NCBI RefSeq assembly: GCF_009914755.1
Contig: NC_060925.1
Length of the DNA: 64,000 nucleotides
Direction: 5' to 3' (one strand)
Origin: the human T2T-CHM13v2.0 reference genome, Homo sapiens
Below are positions 14,167-26,330 of the stretch, piece after piece. Each line of letters begins with the position of its first letter. Positions within the stretch are counted from its first letter, which is position 1. The notes under the pieces were generated by a model. It was given only the letters and a program-made list of their open reading frames with translations. It was not told the origin of the DNA and ran no database searches. A program made the translations under genes and the position numbers.

Positions 14167-14308
14167 GACAGGACATAGTGGCTCATGCCTGGAATCCTAG
14201 CACTTTGGGAGGCATAGGCAGGAGGAGCTCTTGATGCCAGGAGTTCAAGATCAGCCTAGGCAACATAGGGAGACTCTGTTTCTATTAAAAAAAAGAAATT
14301 TTTTAAAG
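14167..14308 (+). mobile_element. FLAM_C-like free left Alu monomer
   Basis: Single Alu arm ending in an A tail. TSD-like aaaggcatcgta / aaaggcaacata. Confidence 0.85.
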
Positions 14309-14437
14309 AAAGGCAACATAGAAAAATAAGGAGGAATTTAACTATAATTTCCTATTACTAAAACCCAAGTAGAAAAGCAAAACAGAGACTTCACCTAACT
14401 TTACATTTAAAAATAAAACTAACCCACATATGTCTAA

Positions 14438-14470
14438 AACACATGCACACACACAGTCACACACACACAC

Positions 14471-14501
<31 letters not shown>
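14438..14501. repeat. Imperfect (CA)n followed by (AAT)10
   Basis: Direct reading of the sequence. Confidence 0.9.
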
Positions 14502-14502
<1 letters not shown>

Positions 14503-14539
14503 GGTAGACTTTATGAGCAGCAACAACTCTTTGTTCTAT

Positions 14540-16110
14540 CTCCACCTCCATTCTAGTCCCTGGAAGTAACATCTTTTAATCATTTTGTTTTTTAGATTTT
14601 TCATTGTGTTCTTATTTTTACATAAGTTACTAATTTTACTGTTCCTGTTTTTTATTGTAAATATTATTATCACCTTCCTATTATGACATGTAAAGACTTA
14701 GATTCTTTGCATCAGCATTTTTAATTTTCACTTTATTTTAAAGCTACACACTTACATCCTTTTTTCTTATCTCATGAACTGAAGAGAAAATATCTGATCT
14801 CCCACAATATAAAAATGAGGATTTTATTTTCCCTAAATTTTCTTTCAGCTCTTAGTATGTGGCATCTGTTTATGTACTTTTACATTTTTAAGTTTGATAC
14901 GTTTTATATTTAATTCAGCAACTTTACAGTTATTGCATTTTGCCCATTGAATTTAAATGTTGAAAGTTAATATAGAGCATTTTCAATATTATCACTCTTT
15001 CTTCTTTCCTTCCTTTCTACTTTCCCCAAGCTCTTAAACAGCATTTTCCCTTTCTGTTCTAGGAGTTGAGGCACAGTGGTAAATTCTGTCCATTACACAG
15101 ACAGGTGATATGCATTATATATCTTCTGCAATATTTTTATTTTCCTGAAAATGCTAATCCTTTTAATCCACTCACACCAACGTAAGATTTTTTTCCTTTT
15201 CTTTTTCTTTCGTTTTTAAATTCTCTGCTTACCATGTTCTTAATTGTGCAAAGTATTAGTTTTCTAACTGCCCCTCTTCTCTCAGCCCCACTGTTTCTCC
15301 ATGGAGACCCTCCTTCTGAAGCCTCCACCTTTTGGTTCTAAGCTGGAACTGTTAGACATCTATCATCCTGGGGCAACCCTTCATAAATGTGCTGATTAGA
15401 TCTGCCTCTAACCGGACCCCATGACTTCATTCTTTACTTAATCCCTTTTCATGCTGTAGCATATCCTCAATAAACTTTCTAAGATAATATGCAGGAAATA
15501 CAGCCGTGTCTAGAAAGTCTTTCTTTTGTCCTTATATGCGATTTGATGATTTAGTTCAATATAGGATATCTAGTCTAAAATTATTAGTCCTCATAATTTT
15601 AAAGGTATTTCTCTGTTACTTTCTAGCATTTAATATTGCTGATAATGTCCGATGCCAGTCTGATTTTGCTCTTTTTGTAAGATAAAGAAATATTTTATCT
15701 CCTTCCTTCTTCCTTCCTTCCTTCCTTCATTTCTTCCTTTCTTCCCTTCTCCTTTCCTTTTTTCTTTATCTCCTTCCCTTCTTTCTTTCTCTTTCTGGAA
15801 ATGTTTGAGGTTTCTCTTTATTTTTAGTGTCTTAAAATTTTACAATGATTTATTTGTTTTTTAAAATTCGTATTTCACGATTTGTTTATTATTATATTTT
15901 TCCTGTGATCAGCATTCTCTGGGACCCTGTGACCTTTCCATTCTGGGATAATTTCATTGACTATTTATATGATAATTGAATTCCATCTATTGATTTTTTT
16001 TTCAAATTCTAGAATTCTTAATACTTGGATAATGGGCCTAGTGGATAGAATATTCACATCTCTATATGTTTTACTTTCTTATCTTCTTATTCTAATATTA
16101 AATTTATTTC
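14540..16110 (-). mobile_element. HAL1 / old L1 ORF1-region remnant, containing a (CCTT)n tract at about 15700-15795
   Basis: gcatatcctcaa...gtgtctagaaagtctttc...ataggatatctag...ctttctagcatttaatattgctgataatgtccgatgccagtctgatt follows the HAL1 reverse complement as recalled. Confidence 0.6.
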
Positions 16111-16394
16111 TCTGACAATCAGAAAGCCTGTCTCTGCAATCAGGGACTGATGAACTTCCACTGCCTCATAAGGGCTGCACAGGGAAACAGAGGGTACCCG
16201 AACAAATGTGAAAATCTTTAAGGAAGAAGGAATGGAACCATGAATACTAAAAAGGCAACCAAAATATCCATTATACTTGCAATCTATTTATATCAACCAG
16301 TCAGTTAATGACAATATATTCAAGTTACTGTGCCATAGAAGGTGTTTGATAGACTCTAGTAAATAAACCATTATAATGGAGATATTTATGCTAA

Positions 16395-16625
16395 GATGAT
16401 GAGCCTGGAGAGAGAGGCAGGGTCCAGATAAAGGAGAGTCTTACAAGCCGTCAAAAGGAATTTGGACATTAGTTTTATGCATCAGAAATTGTTAAAGGGT
16501 TTTATATAGAAGAGTCACTTAATACCACCTTTAAATAATATCTCCTGGGGACAGCTGTTTGGTGGCTGGACTTACAGAGAGCAGGGCTAGAGTCGGAGAA
16601 GCTGTTTAGGATGCCCTTTGTATGG
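16395..16625 (-). mobile_element. L2 fragment
   Basis: gaggcagggtccagataaaggagagtctt...aaggaatttggaca...gttaaagggtttta. Confidence 0.65.
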
Positions 16626-17289
16626 CCTCCTGTCAGAATTCTGAAATTTTTAATCCCTTTGCATCTGTTATTCTGATTATTGTTTTTGAATGTTAATTGC
16701 CAAAATGTAAGCATAGATGAGGTGAATTCTCTCAAGTCTACTGTTAAACAACTGCAGGCATCCTTTTCATAACTTGTTTTCTCATCACAGATATGCTAAA
16801 TATCACATCACTGCCATCTAATTTACTTTGAGGAATGTTTTAGAAATTATAACCCCCTTCCCTTTGCTTCTGTTTCATGGGACATGAAACAGATGTTTCA
16901 TGTTAATTGATGTTAATTGATGTTTAAATCTACAATATGATTAGTTCACACACAGTATATGATACTTGTTTATTCTACTTTTAATCAATTTTTTGTCAAA
17001 GTTATTTACAAGTTGATTTACACTTCTAAATTCAGGGGTTTTGTTTGCAAAGTATCTATAATGTGGTAATTAAATATAGCTTTTAATAACGGAAAACTCA
17101 AAAGCAAATCTAAACTAACATAAGTATGTCTACCTAAAATTATGAAAGTTTTTTTTTTTAACTTTCACTCTGAACTTTACCCGTTTTGCCTAATCCTGAT
17201 TATTTTTTAAAGTACATCTGCTAAGAATTCTGCAGTATTTCTACAAGCTGGCATTTTCATTTTTGAAAGGATTATTTGAAATTTAGATT

Positions 17290-17810
17290 TGGCATCTGTC
17301 AGAAAAAAAAAAAAAACACTGTCATCCTATTGGATGTTATCATACAGCAGGTAATGATTGCTGAAATTTAACCAATCACACAGAATGACAGTGGAAAAAC
17401 ACCCTGACAAGAATTTTATGTCAAAACCATAGAGGAAAAAGCAAAAGAGCTGCAAGTTAATGCCGTCCTAGTATAATAGATTTTATTCTGATTAGCCTAT
17501 GCAAAGTTGATGGTGCCAGATAATCCACAAACAGAGTCAATATAATATTTTTTTGTAAAGTCCTGTCAGAAACTTTTACGCTGGTACCAGTATTGTGATC
17601 CTCAGTTCGAGGGCCTGTCTGACAGTCTAGGACACAGAGAGCTGTCAACCCAGGAGCCGGCCGAAGATGATTGTTAAGGGGATTTGGTACTCCTTCTATT
17701 TGCCTAATAGGGAGCCTTGCGCTCAGCATTTCCTAAAGCAAAAGAAGACAGATGAAATCTCTGGGCACTTCATTGCTGCTGCCTCTCAAAGATTTCCTGT
17801 CAAAATGGGC
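17290..17810. promoter_or_regulatory. Candidate enhancer: homotypic cluster of TALE (MEIS/PKNOX/TGIF) sites
   Basis: Perfect TGACAG/CTGTCA at 17296, 17319, 17386, 17563, 17620, 17642 and 17797. CCAAT boxes at 17329 (minus) and 17372. No recognisable transposon. Confidence 0.55.
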
Positions 17811-17835
17811 CTATAAGGGGAGAAAGGTTTTCAAT

Positions 17836-17837
<2 letters not shown>

Positions 17838-17866
<29 letters not shown>
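17838..17866. repeat. T29 mononucleotide run
   Basis: Direct count. Confidence 0.95.
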
Positions 17867-17868
<2 letters not shown>

Positions 17869-17869
<1 letters not shown>

Positions 17870-18154
17870 TGGCAGGATTTCCAGCCTTGCTATGAAAAGA
17901 GTTTGAAAGCTCTTTCTTTGTTAAAGGCGGGGAGGGGCCAGGGGAGGAAGAGGAAGAAAAAGAACAAAAATAAGAAAAAAAAAATAAGAAAAAAAAATGC
18001 TGCCAAACTACCAGATCTAGACTAGTTGTGTTTAAAAATAAAAAAGCAATAGAGGAATATGGCTCATATTACCGTAGCATACACAGAAAAACCAGCTTTG
18101 ATTGACATTTTATTCATATTTTATATAGGTTGGTTTATTCCGCCCCCCCGCCCC
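17869..18154 (-). promoter_or_regulatory. Candidate GC-box/TATA promoter and non-coding first exon
   Basis: On the minus strand: GGGGCGGGGGGGCGG (18154-18140), TATATAAAA (18127-18119), initiator-like TCAATC near 18100, a pyrimidine-rich leader, then donor CAG|GTAAAA at 17869/17868. Confidence 0.35.
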
Positions 18155-21100
18155 AACTCCACCCTGCTTCAAATGGAGAAAGTGACCTTGATGTTCTTGT
18201 GGAAAGGATGTTTGTTGTAAACTATTTTCAGGACACTTTTAGTAGCTTATGTAGGAAATGAGGAGCGCAGGTCTCATTTTCACCAAAGGGATGTTTGCCA
18301 ATCTGCTGTTCTCCTTATTAATGCTTTCTTTATTCCTTCACTTCTGCCATCTTGTCAGGCAGCCAGCCAGCCAGCCAGCCCACAAATGCTGTCTAATCGC
18401 TTGTGAAAAGACAGAGATTCTGTCCTCAACCGCCTTATATTCTATGGGAGAGACCATTGTAGTGGGGGTAATTTCCTAAGTTTCTAGGAAAATATATTCA
18501 CACTCAGATCCTTTCTACTAGTGCCAGGCAAGTCAGGAGCCACATCTGTTAGCTATCCATTCTTTGCCCCAGACAGGGGAACTGTTTTTGTCCTCTGTTT
18601 AGCCTGGTTAATGTGCAGTCACAACTTTCGCTGTTCCTTCTCCCATACTGTATTCCCCTGAATGGAATAAAGGCAGAAGAACCTGAACAAAATAAAGGAA
18701 AAAGCTGATGAAATAAGGATAATAAGGAGTGAACTCAAAGTTTTCTCAAACTGTGATTCCCAGCATGGCTTTTGGTGCTAATTTGTTTAAGACAACCTTG
18801 GTCTTTTTAAAACCGTGATGTTGTTAGTAAAGCAAGAACTGATAGCTGACACAGAACAATAAAACCAAGACAAACAAACAGTAAACTCTCAACTGTCTGT
18901 GGGCGTTTAACATAGGAGCACACAGGTCAGAAACCCCAAGGATAATATAGAACAGATCAATTGATTTTTGTAATGAAGAGCTTCAAGTCATTAAGAAAAT
19001 GTTAAATCATGTTGGCCATAGTTTTTTGCTATGATACCAAAACATGCTATGTATATAAGAGCATTTTAATCAAAATATATATGTAGTAAAAACGGGAATA
19101 TAAATACTGCCTGTGTTATTTGGAAAGTTTACTTAGGGAAGAAACTTCATTCCACCAAATAAATTGGATAAATGAGCTGCTATTGTATGTTGTAATAAGC
19201 CATATTCCACTGAAGTAGCTTTATTTCATAATATTATGTTACATTTCTTTTTCTGCAGTGAAGTTTTAGAAATTTATAGGTCAAATTCCTGTAACGTTAA
19301 CATGTCAGTTAACACAGTAGATAACAAAAAAAAAAAAGTTTCTCTAAAAAAGCAGCCATAGTTGCGGTAGAAGACTAATTGGCAGCCTGTAGGCAATGTA
19401 AAGGCTTTTTTTAATGGGGAGTTCCCAGGTGGAGGGAGCCACCTCTTAGAAGAGCAGCAGATCTCAACAAAGGATTTCTTTTTTTCCTGAGAAGGAGGTG
19501 AAGATGTGAAGCAAGGAAGGTCATAAAGTACATGGTCATGAGTTAAAGATGAAAGAATATCATGGAATGTTTCTGGCAGTGCAGGGACATGAATGAAAAT
19601 ATGAGATGATTAAATTATGTATAGATGTGTGAATAAGCATGTATGTTTTATTGTTTAGAAAAGACTGGGGTCATGGTGAAATCATTTGCACAAACTCCAG
19701 ACCAACTCTTTTGATAACAAACCACTACTGTAATGTCTGTGTAGAACAAAATCTCACCAAGCACTAGCAGTAAAATACCTTTTATTATTATCTGTCGAAA
19801 CCAAACAGTACCATTAAAAAAAAAATGTAACCCAAAATAACACTAGACAGTCCCTGGAAGTAGTAATAGGATTTGAGAGCTGAGAAATTAAAAAAAACCT
19901 ATAAAAAAGAGTGAACTGTCAACAATATACAGTAAGCTGAATTCCCAGACAACAGCATATTCAGACAGTGTTCTAAGAAGTGACACTAAGTTCTCTACAA
20001 AGGTGGGATAGCGTGGAAATCAAAGACAAACTCAGAAGATCATTAGAAACAGGGAAATGAAGGCATTGAGGATAATCACAGGAGAGATTCTGAATAAACT
20101 AGGATCCTGATGAACATCTTTTTCAGTTATTGATTTTTCATTTTTATAAGAAAGATGGTCTAATGGATACAAATTTTCTTTAATTTTAATTACTACTTGA
20201 GCTACCTTTGGCATTCCTCATGAAGTGTTATCAACCTAAGATTGAAGAGGCTAACATGCTTACATGAAACAACACAAAAGTTAGTGTAGTATCCATGTTA
20301 AATCAATAGATCAGAGAGGCAGAATGTCAATTATTCGATCCAACTGGATCCCTTAATTCTGAGTGCAAAAATAATCATGGGAGAGTCTGTGATATGTAGA
20401 TATCTGTATCTATATCTGCATATGGCTATAGATAGATTTTGTTCATTTGTCTGTTGGAACTGTAAGCATAAGAACAAAATCTGTGAAAATGAATCAATGA
20501 AGATTTTGTAAATAGGACTGTATAAATAAAAAATTAAAAATCTCTGGTTTCAATTCAATGGAGATTTTTTTCCTTCCACATCTAATAGCTCAAATGTTAC
20601 AAACAAAAGCAGGAGACAGATTTGGTTCTGCCCCTGCCTGTTCGTGCCCCATTCTGCCACCCACTGCTATTCCTAGAATTAATGAAATATCAAAACCAGG
20701 CTAGTGGAAGTGCTGCTAATTTGGCGTGTAATGAAACAAAAGAATCTAAAATGCATATCTGTCTACTTTTATACGAAGAGAAGATGATAAAAAAAAAGAA
20801 CAAATTACACTTCGTATCATGGGATATGAAACAATTACAGGAGGAGGAAGGTGGAGGATGTAGGACTCAATGGACCCTTTAATGAATAGTAGCAAAATAT
20901 CCACCCAAACAAATGACATTCTTCATACCTTAACGATAGAAAATAACCAGCTTTCATTCAAACTTTTATGAAAGGATCTTTATAGATTTTCCCCCCACTG
21001 ACTTAATATCAACTTTTGGAGTTAATCGGCTTTCATCAGGGGATGAGGACATGCATCACAACAGCTTTTATATTTTCCAGTCGTCACTTCATCTGGGATT

Positions 21101-22504
21101 GAGTTCATCCTAGGGAGTTTCCACATTCATCTGACATCAATTATGCCAGCTCCTGCTGATACTCAATTCATGTCATAATAATTAACTTGTATCTATTATA
21201 ACCACATTTCATAATTAACGTTTTATTTTTCAAATTTTTTTCTCATGCACATATTTTAAGATATAGCAATCTTAATACCTTTGAAATGTTCTTCTGTTTT
21301 CATCGTTCATAGCCATAGTAAGACCGACTCTGTCTTTCAAATTTAAATGGTCATGCACATTAGCTCTTCGTTCGTATTTTTAGTATTAATGATGAGGAAA
21401 ATAGTAGTGGAAACTGAATTTCCTCAAAGTGGACCAAGTTGCCTTAAACTTAAAAAATCAAATAATTATTTAAAAATTATATTACTACCCCATATTTTCT
21501 ATGGAAAAATTGTAAATTTTACACCATAATCTCTTTATCCTCTTCAGTTTTGAAGAATTTCAAAGATAGATGTTTGGTCAATAAATAATTCATAACAAGG
21601 TCATGCAAACCAAATAGAAAAAGGACTTTGTAGCACTTTTAAGGTACATATTTACCACAGCAATGGCATGGAACTAGTTTGACACAAAATTTGAGAAATT
21701 CCGAATTTGAATCAGATTCTACAGCCTTTGGAAGAAGGAAATTATATATCTAAAACATTGAACAAGCTTATAACACTCACAAAATTCTCTCATCAATTTC
21801 ATCAATCTTCTGAGATACAAAATAAAAATTTAAGCAAGGTATTGAAAAGGATAACGCTCCTTCTGCTGTGATTTGGGTGGATGATTGGCAGTAAACTTAA
21901 TAATTGCTCATGAGCTGAAAACCTGAAAGGGTTTTCCATTACATATGGATAACTTTATTTGATCTAAGGATAACTGAAAACAGCAAATGGACCTTCATGA
22001 ACAAAAGTTGTAACCCGAAGGAAGAATGTTCTATGTATTCTAAGTGTGTTTTTTTTTTTTTTTACGATATCCACTGGAGTCACAGACATGCTAAAATGGC
22101 TATTCTCTGTGAAAGACTAAGGTTGGTTTCTTCTCTTACCTGTTTTAAGATGTATAATTAGGTTAATACATTTTTATAAGCCAAATAATATATTTAATTA
22201 CCCCAGTTCTAAAATACCTCAATTATACTTTTTATATATTAAGAAGCTGCTTTATCAAAAGATAAACTTCTTGTATTTTGTAGTCAATATTCCTTATAAA
22301 AGTATAGAGAAAATTATAGAAGCAATTGAAATATTTTGGGAAGCATCTCCAAAAACTGTAATGAGGCTTCTCAGAGACCAGACAAATAACATATTAATTC
22401 TGATATTTTATATTTATGTACCATTTTACCTTTTAGATAGATAGTATTTTTGGATGTATTATCTCATAGAAATACAGGATATACTATAACATAGAAATTT
22501 TAAA

Positions 22505-22610
22505 AATAGGGGTTAGAATAAGGAAAATGATTGTCTGAAGTTTCATATCTACAACATAGTAAGTCAGAGTCTCAAATCCAGGCCATCCCACTCTAAGCCT
22601 ATGCCATCAT
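22505..22610 (-). mobile_element. Degenerate MIR fragment
   Basis: gattgtctgaagtttcata...gagtctcaaatccaggcc...actctaagcc. Confidence 0.45.
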
Positions 22611-23297
22611 GATTATTTTGAGGGTGTAGAATATAAACACATATTGTCCAATGACAAATGGTATGGGAACAAAAACCTTCATGAGTTCAGGAGTACCTTA
22701 GTTTACGGTTCTCAATTGCTGGAAAGAATTCATTCTGGTTAGTTTCTTGAATATTTGACTAAAATATTAGAATCACTCTATTCTTCTTTGTTACAGCCAC
22801 CTTTCTGTGTTGCCGTTTCTACTGATTCTTTATTCCCATCTACCAGGGATTCTCAGAGTCCAGTGGGTGAAATGAGGGGAACCCACCAAACTTTTAGTTT
22901 CATCCTTTTCTCCAAGTAGGTGAGATTACTAGGGGTGTTCCCAGAACTAAACCAATCACTTAGACAATGTCAAACTATGAAACCCACAGTGAAGATATGA
23001 CACTGGTATGTCTGAGTCTGCTCCAGTTGAAAATCATGCCTTGAAAATGCAACCTGAGACTCCAGGCACCTAATGACACCAATTGGTATTCACGCAGAAG
23101 TACAGACTGTTACATATGCTCACTGCAAGTTTTGCTTCGGGGAAAAATGGAGAACCGTTTAAGTGACTCCTTCTGTGCATTGAACTGTCAACTTACAGAA
23201 ATGCCATACTAATCTTAGGGAAACTCTCTGCAAAGCTCAGTTGCGTGGTGAGTGAATGTAAATGTCCCGACTTATTAAATATCTACTTCATCAAACC

Positions 23298-23316
23298 TGG
23301 CAACCAGGGGGCGATT
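23298..23316 (+). promoter_or_regulatory. Candidate CTCF site
   Basis: TGGCAACCAGGGGGCGATT versus consensus TGGCCACCAGGGGGCGCTA (16/19), with the CpG retained. Confidence 0.45.
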
Positions 23317-23478
23317 GATTTTGCACTCAGCTCACCCACACACCCTTATTTATTATATATTATTTTAGAGGGCCTTGATCCTTTCCTCTATATGTAAAAT
23401 ATTTTTCTCCTTCTTAGATATATAATAAAATACACTATTTTAGACACAAATTTGCCATGAGTAGTAGAATTTCTGCAG

Positions 23479-23504
23479 CAGATATCTTTTTAAAAAGATA
23501 TCTG
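23479..23504. repeat. Perfect 26-bp palindrome
   Basis: CAGATATCTTTTTAAAAAGATATCTG equals its own reverse complement. Confidence 0.95.
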
Positions 23505-25633
23505 AATTATCATACTTAGACATATGTAATATATTAGATAGATTTATATTTATTTTATATTTTAAAGCTCTACCTCCAATAAGCTTTACACAGCAGAAAC
23601 TAGACACAATGAGAAGTGGAGCAGCAGTCAAAAGATAGTTTCTACAGTTGTAAAAGCAACGCTAACCACTGACCCATGATCTTCAACCATTAAAGTGAGA
23701 AACAAAACAGAGGTTCAATAGCATTTGTAGAAACTGTAAAATAAAGCCAAAAAAAAAGTAACAACAGAAACAACATTTAACCCTGCTCTTGATAACGTAT
23801 TTTGTAAAACCTGATTTATAAAAAAAAAAATGTTTTAAGAAAGTCTACATTTTAAATTTTGGAAACTTGACATTTTTCCCTCTACCTGAAAAATGAATGG
23901 GGGCGGGGGGTGTGGGGGGAGAAAGAATGCATTTGCCAGGTGGGTTTTCCAAATCCTGATTATTAAACAGTAATTTTCATCAGATTTTAAATGCACCCAT
24001 CAATAGCAAGATTGTAGAAGGATGATACAGCTAAATCACTGCTGATAGACAATTAGTTGAGTCTGCTGTCTCAAGCCAAGATTGGCAGCGTCTGCTGCTC
24101 TCCTAATCAAATTCCTCAGCATTCAATATAGCAGGACTGAGTTTCCTAGTTAATGCTATAAAGCAACACTAAATAAATACAAATGGCTTAATCTTCTTTT
24201 GCAGTCATATCCTCCCACACTGGTGCCTGTAATTAGAAAAATACTACATCTCATGTCCTGAATAGTGAATACAGCAGATTGTTAATCATTATATTTACAT
24301 GGCTTATATGAAAAGTATTTAAATTCATGAGTACCATAAGATTTCTTTTAAAGAATATTAATACATATACAATACCTAAATGTGTATTTTCCTCTCTACA
24401 GAGATAACAGTAAGCTACAGCTTATTGATGTGTTTATAGTACTTCTTTAAAAATTGTTGCATAACAAAAATTCAGGTGCCCCAAATATTGACAAAACAAA
24501 ATATTGAAGAAAAAAGTGTATATATATTTTTGTTTATATCTATATCATCTCTATGTATAATTATAACATAAACACATATATACATAAAACAAACAAATTT
24601 GATGGAATTTGCAAACTCCAAGGAAAAGACACATTCACACATACATGAAAATATAATCCCACATTCAAAGAAAAATGTGACATATTAAAATGTATCAAAA
24701 ATGTATTTCTAGTGAAGCCTATTTTATAAAATATATTGTGTACTATATTTTATCTGTATTTTACACCAATGTAATATTGATTTCCTACAAAAACACATTA
24801 AATGAGAGATTTATGAGAAGGGTAGCAAATCTCTTTTGGCCAATAAACTGTAACTCTTTTGTATCTGCTTTATGAACAGGAGCAAAAATGGTAATGCGTC
24901 ACATATTTCAATAATTTAATCCAAAATTTACAAATGTTTGTCATTTAAAAATAATTAAGAGAATAAGAATAATAATGGGTGATTAATAAGGAATTAATAA
25001 GTATTTGTTTAACTCTCAAACACCCTTACAAACAACAAAAATATATATGTATATTTATACACATCTAAGTACATATATAAAGGCATGGGTATTTGCACTT
25101 TCAAAGATGAGTTTACAAATAATAAATAAAGGAGGAAATTAATAGGCAAAGAATGTGGCTTTTGAAATAAAATAGGTTTTTGAGACATAGCAAGCAACAG
25201 CGATTACTTAAAAAATACAAAACAGAGCAGCTTGAATCTGATTGAAGTGGTTACACACTGTGCGAGCAAAAGGATGCAAGAGTCTCGAAGAAGTCTAGGC
25301 CGAGTACAGGGAAAGCACGAATGAGCAACACAGAGAAACTGCTCTCTTTTTATCTCTATAACCTCCACCCTCCCTTTTACCTTCCAAAGTTGTAACCCTG
25401 AACTTGGGACAACAATCAGGTGATTTCTGTTGAAGCTGTCCTTCCTTCCCCTAATCTATTCTTTCACATAATTAACTGCCTGACTTACTTGTCCTCTGAT
25501 TTTATCTGAGGAGCTGGCAAATTTCACTAATTCCTGCAGTTACCACATATCAATGTTAAAGATGTATTTAATTCCCAAGATGAAAAGCAAACACTCAGAG
25601 TATGCATAAGAAAGACGGAAATACTGAAAAGTT

Positions 25634-25835
25634 AATAACACTTGCCACTCTTGTAGCACCTTTCAGTCAGTGATTTCAAAGCCCTTACAAAGCAAAGGCT
25701 TATCATTCTCATTTTGCTGAAACTGAAATGCAGAAAGGTTAAGTGATTTGTTTATTTATTTATTTGTGATTCATTTATTCTGCCCTAACAAGTCAGTAAT
25801 GAGCTGGGAATAGGAGCCAAATGTCTGATGCCTTA
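25634..25835 (-). mobile_element. Old MIR-family SINE (MIR3/MIR1_Amn-like)
   Basis: tagcacctttca...gatttcaaagcccttaca tail plus core cattttgctgaaactgaaatgcagaaaggttaagtgatttg. Confidence 0.6.
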
Positions 25836-26081
25836 TTCTCTTTCAGACCACTCACCTTGCACATGGTGGAAGCTGATGACATTTACTTTTATAAGTCAGG
25901 AATCATCATTATTAAATTGACATGCCTATACTATGCTTAGAAATAGTCACAAAAGTCAAGGGCCATCGCTTTGGAGCTCAGAGTTCAGAGCAAAGTTACT
26001 TTGAACAATTATAACTTAAAGAAATAGGGAGTTAACTGAGACATTTATTCAGTGAGACCCTGGTGTGAAGTCACAAATCCT

Positions 26082-26330
26082 GCTAACATTTATTGTACAC
26101 CATGTGACAGGTGCTGTCCTCAGTGCACTGAGTTCATAAAATCAATTAAGCCATATAATAATCTTAGCTGTAGCTACTGCTGTTATTCAATTTTCCAAAA
26201 AAGAAAATGGAGGAATAGAAAAGTATTTTGCCCAAATCACAAATTGAGTAAAACTGGTAGGGCCAGAGATGCACAATGCATGGCACCTGACTTCAGAGCC
26301 TAATGATCTCTACTAAGCAACACTGCCTCT
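26082..26330 (-). mobile_element. MIR (MIRb-like), near full length
   Basis: gctaacatttattg...ttgcccaaatcaca...ctgacttcagagcc...acactgcctctc. Confidence 0.8.

Noticed and set aside
23899-23919. G-rich runs as G-quadruplexes (also 17926-17947 and 33098-33111)
   Set aside because: None provides four GGG runs separated by short loops
25653-25675. TAGCACC... resemblance to miR-29
   Set aside because: Only the first 7 nt match, there is no hairpin, and it is the tail of an old MIR-family SINE
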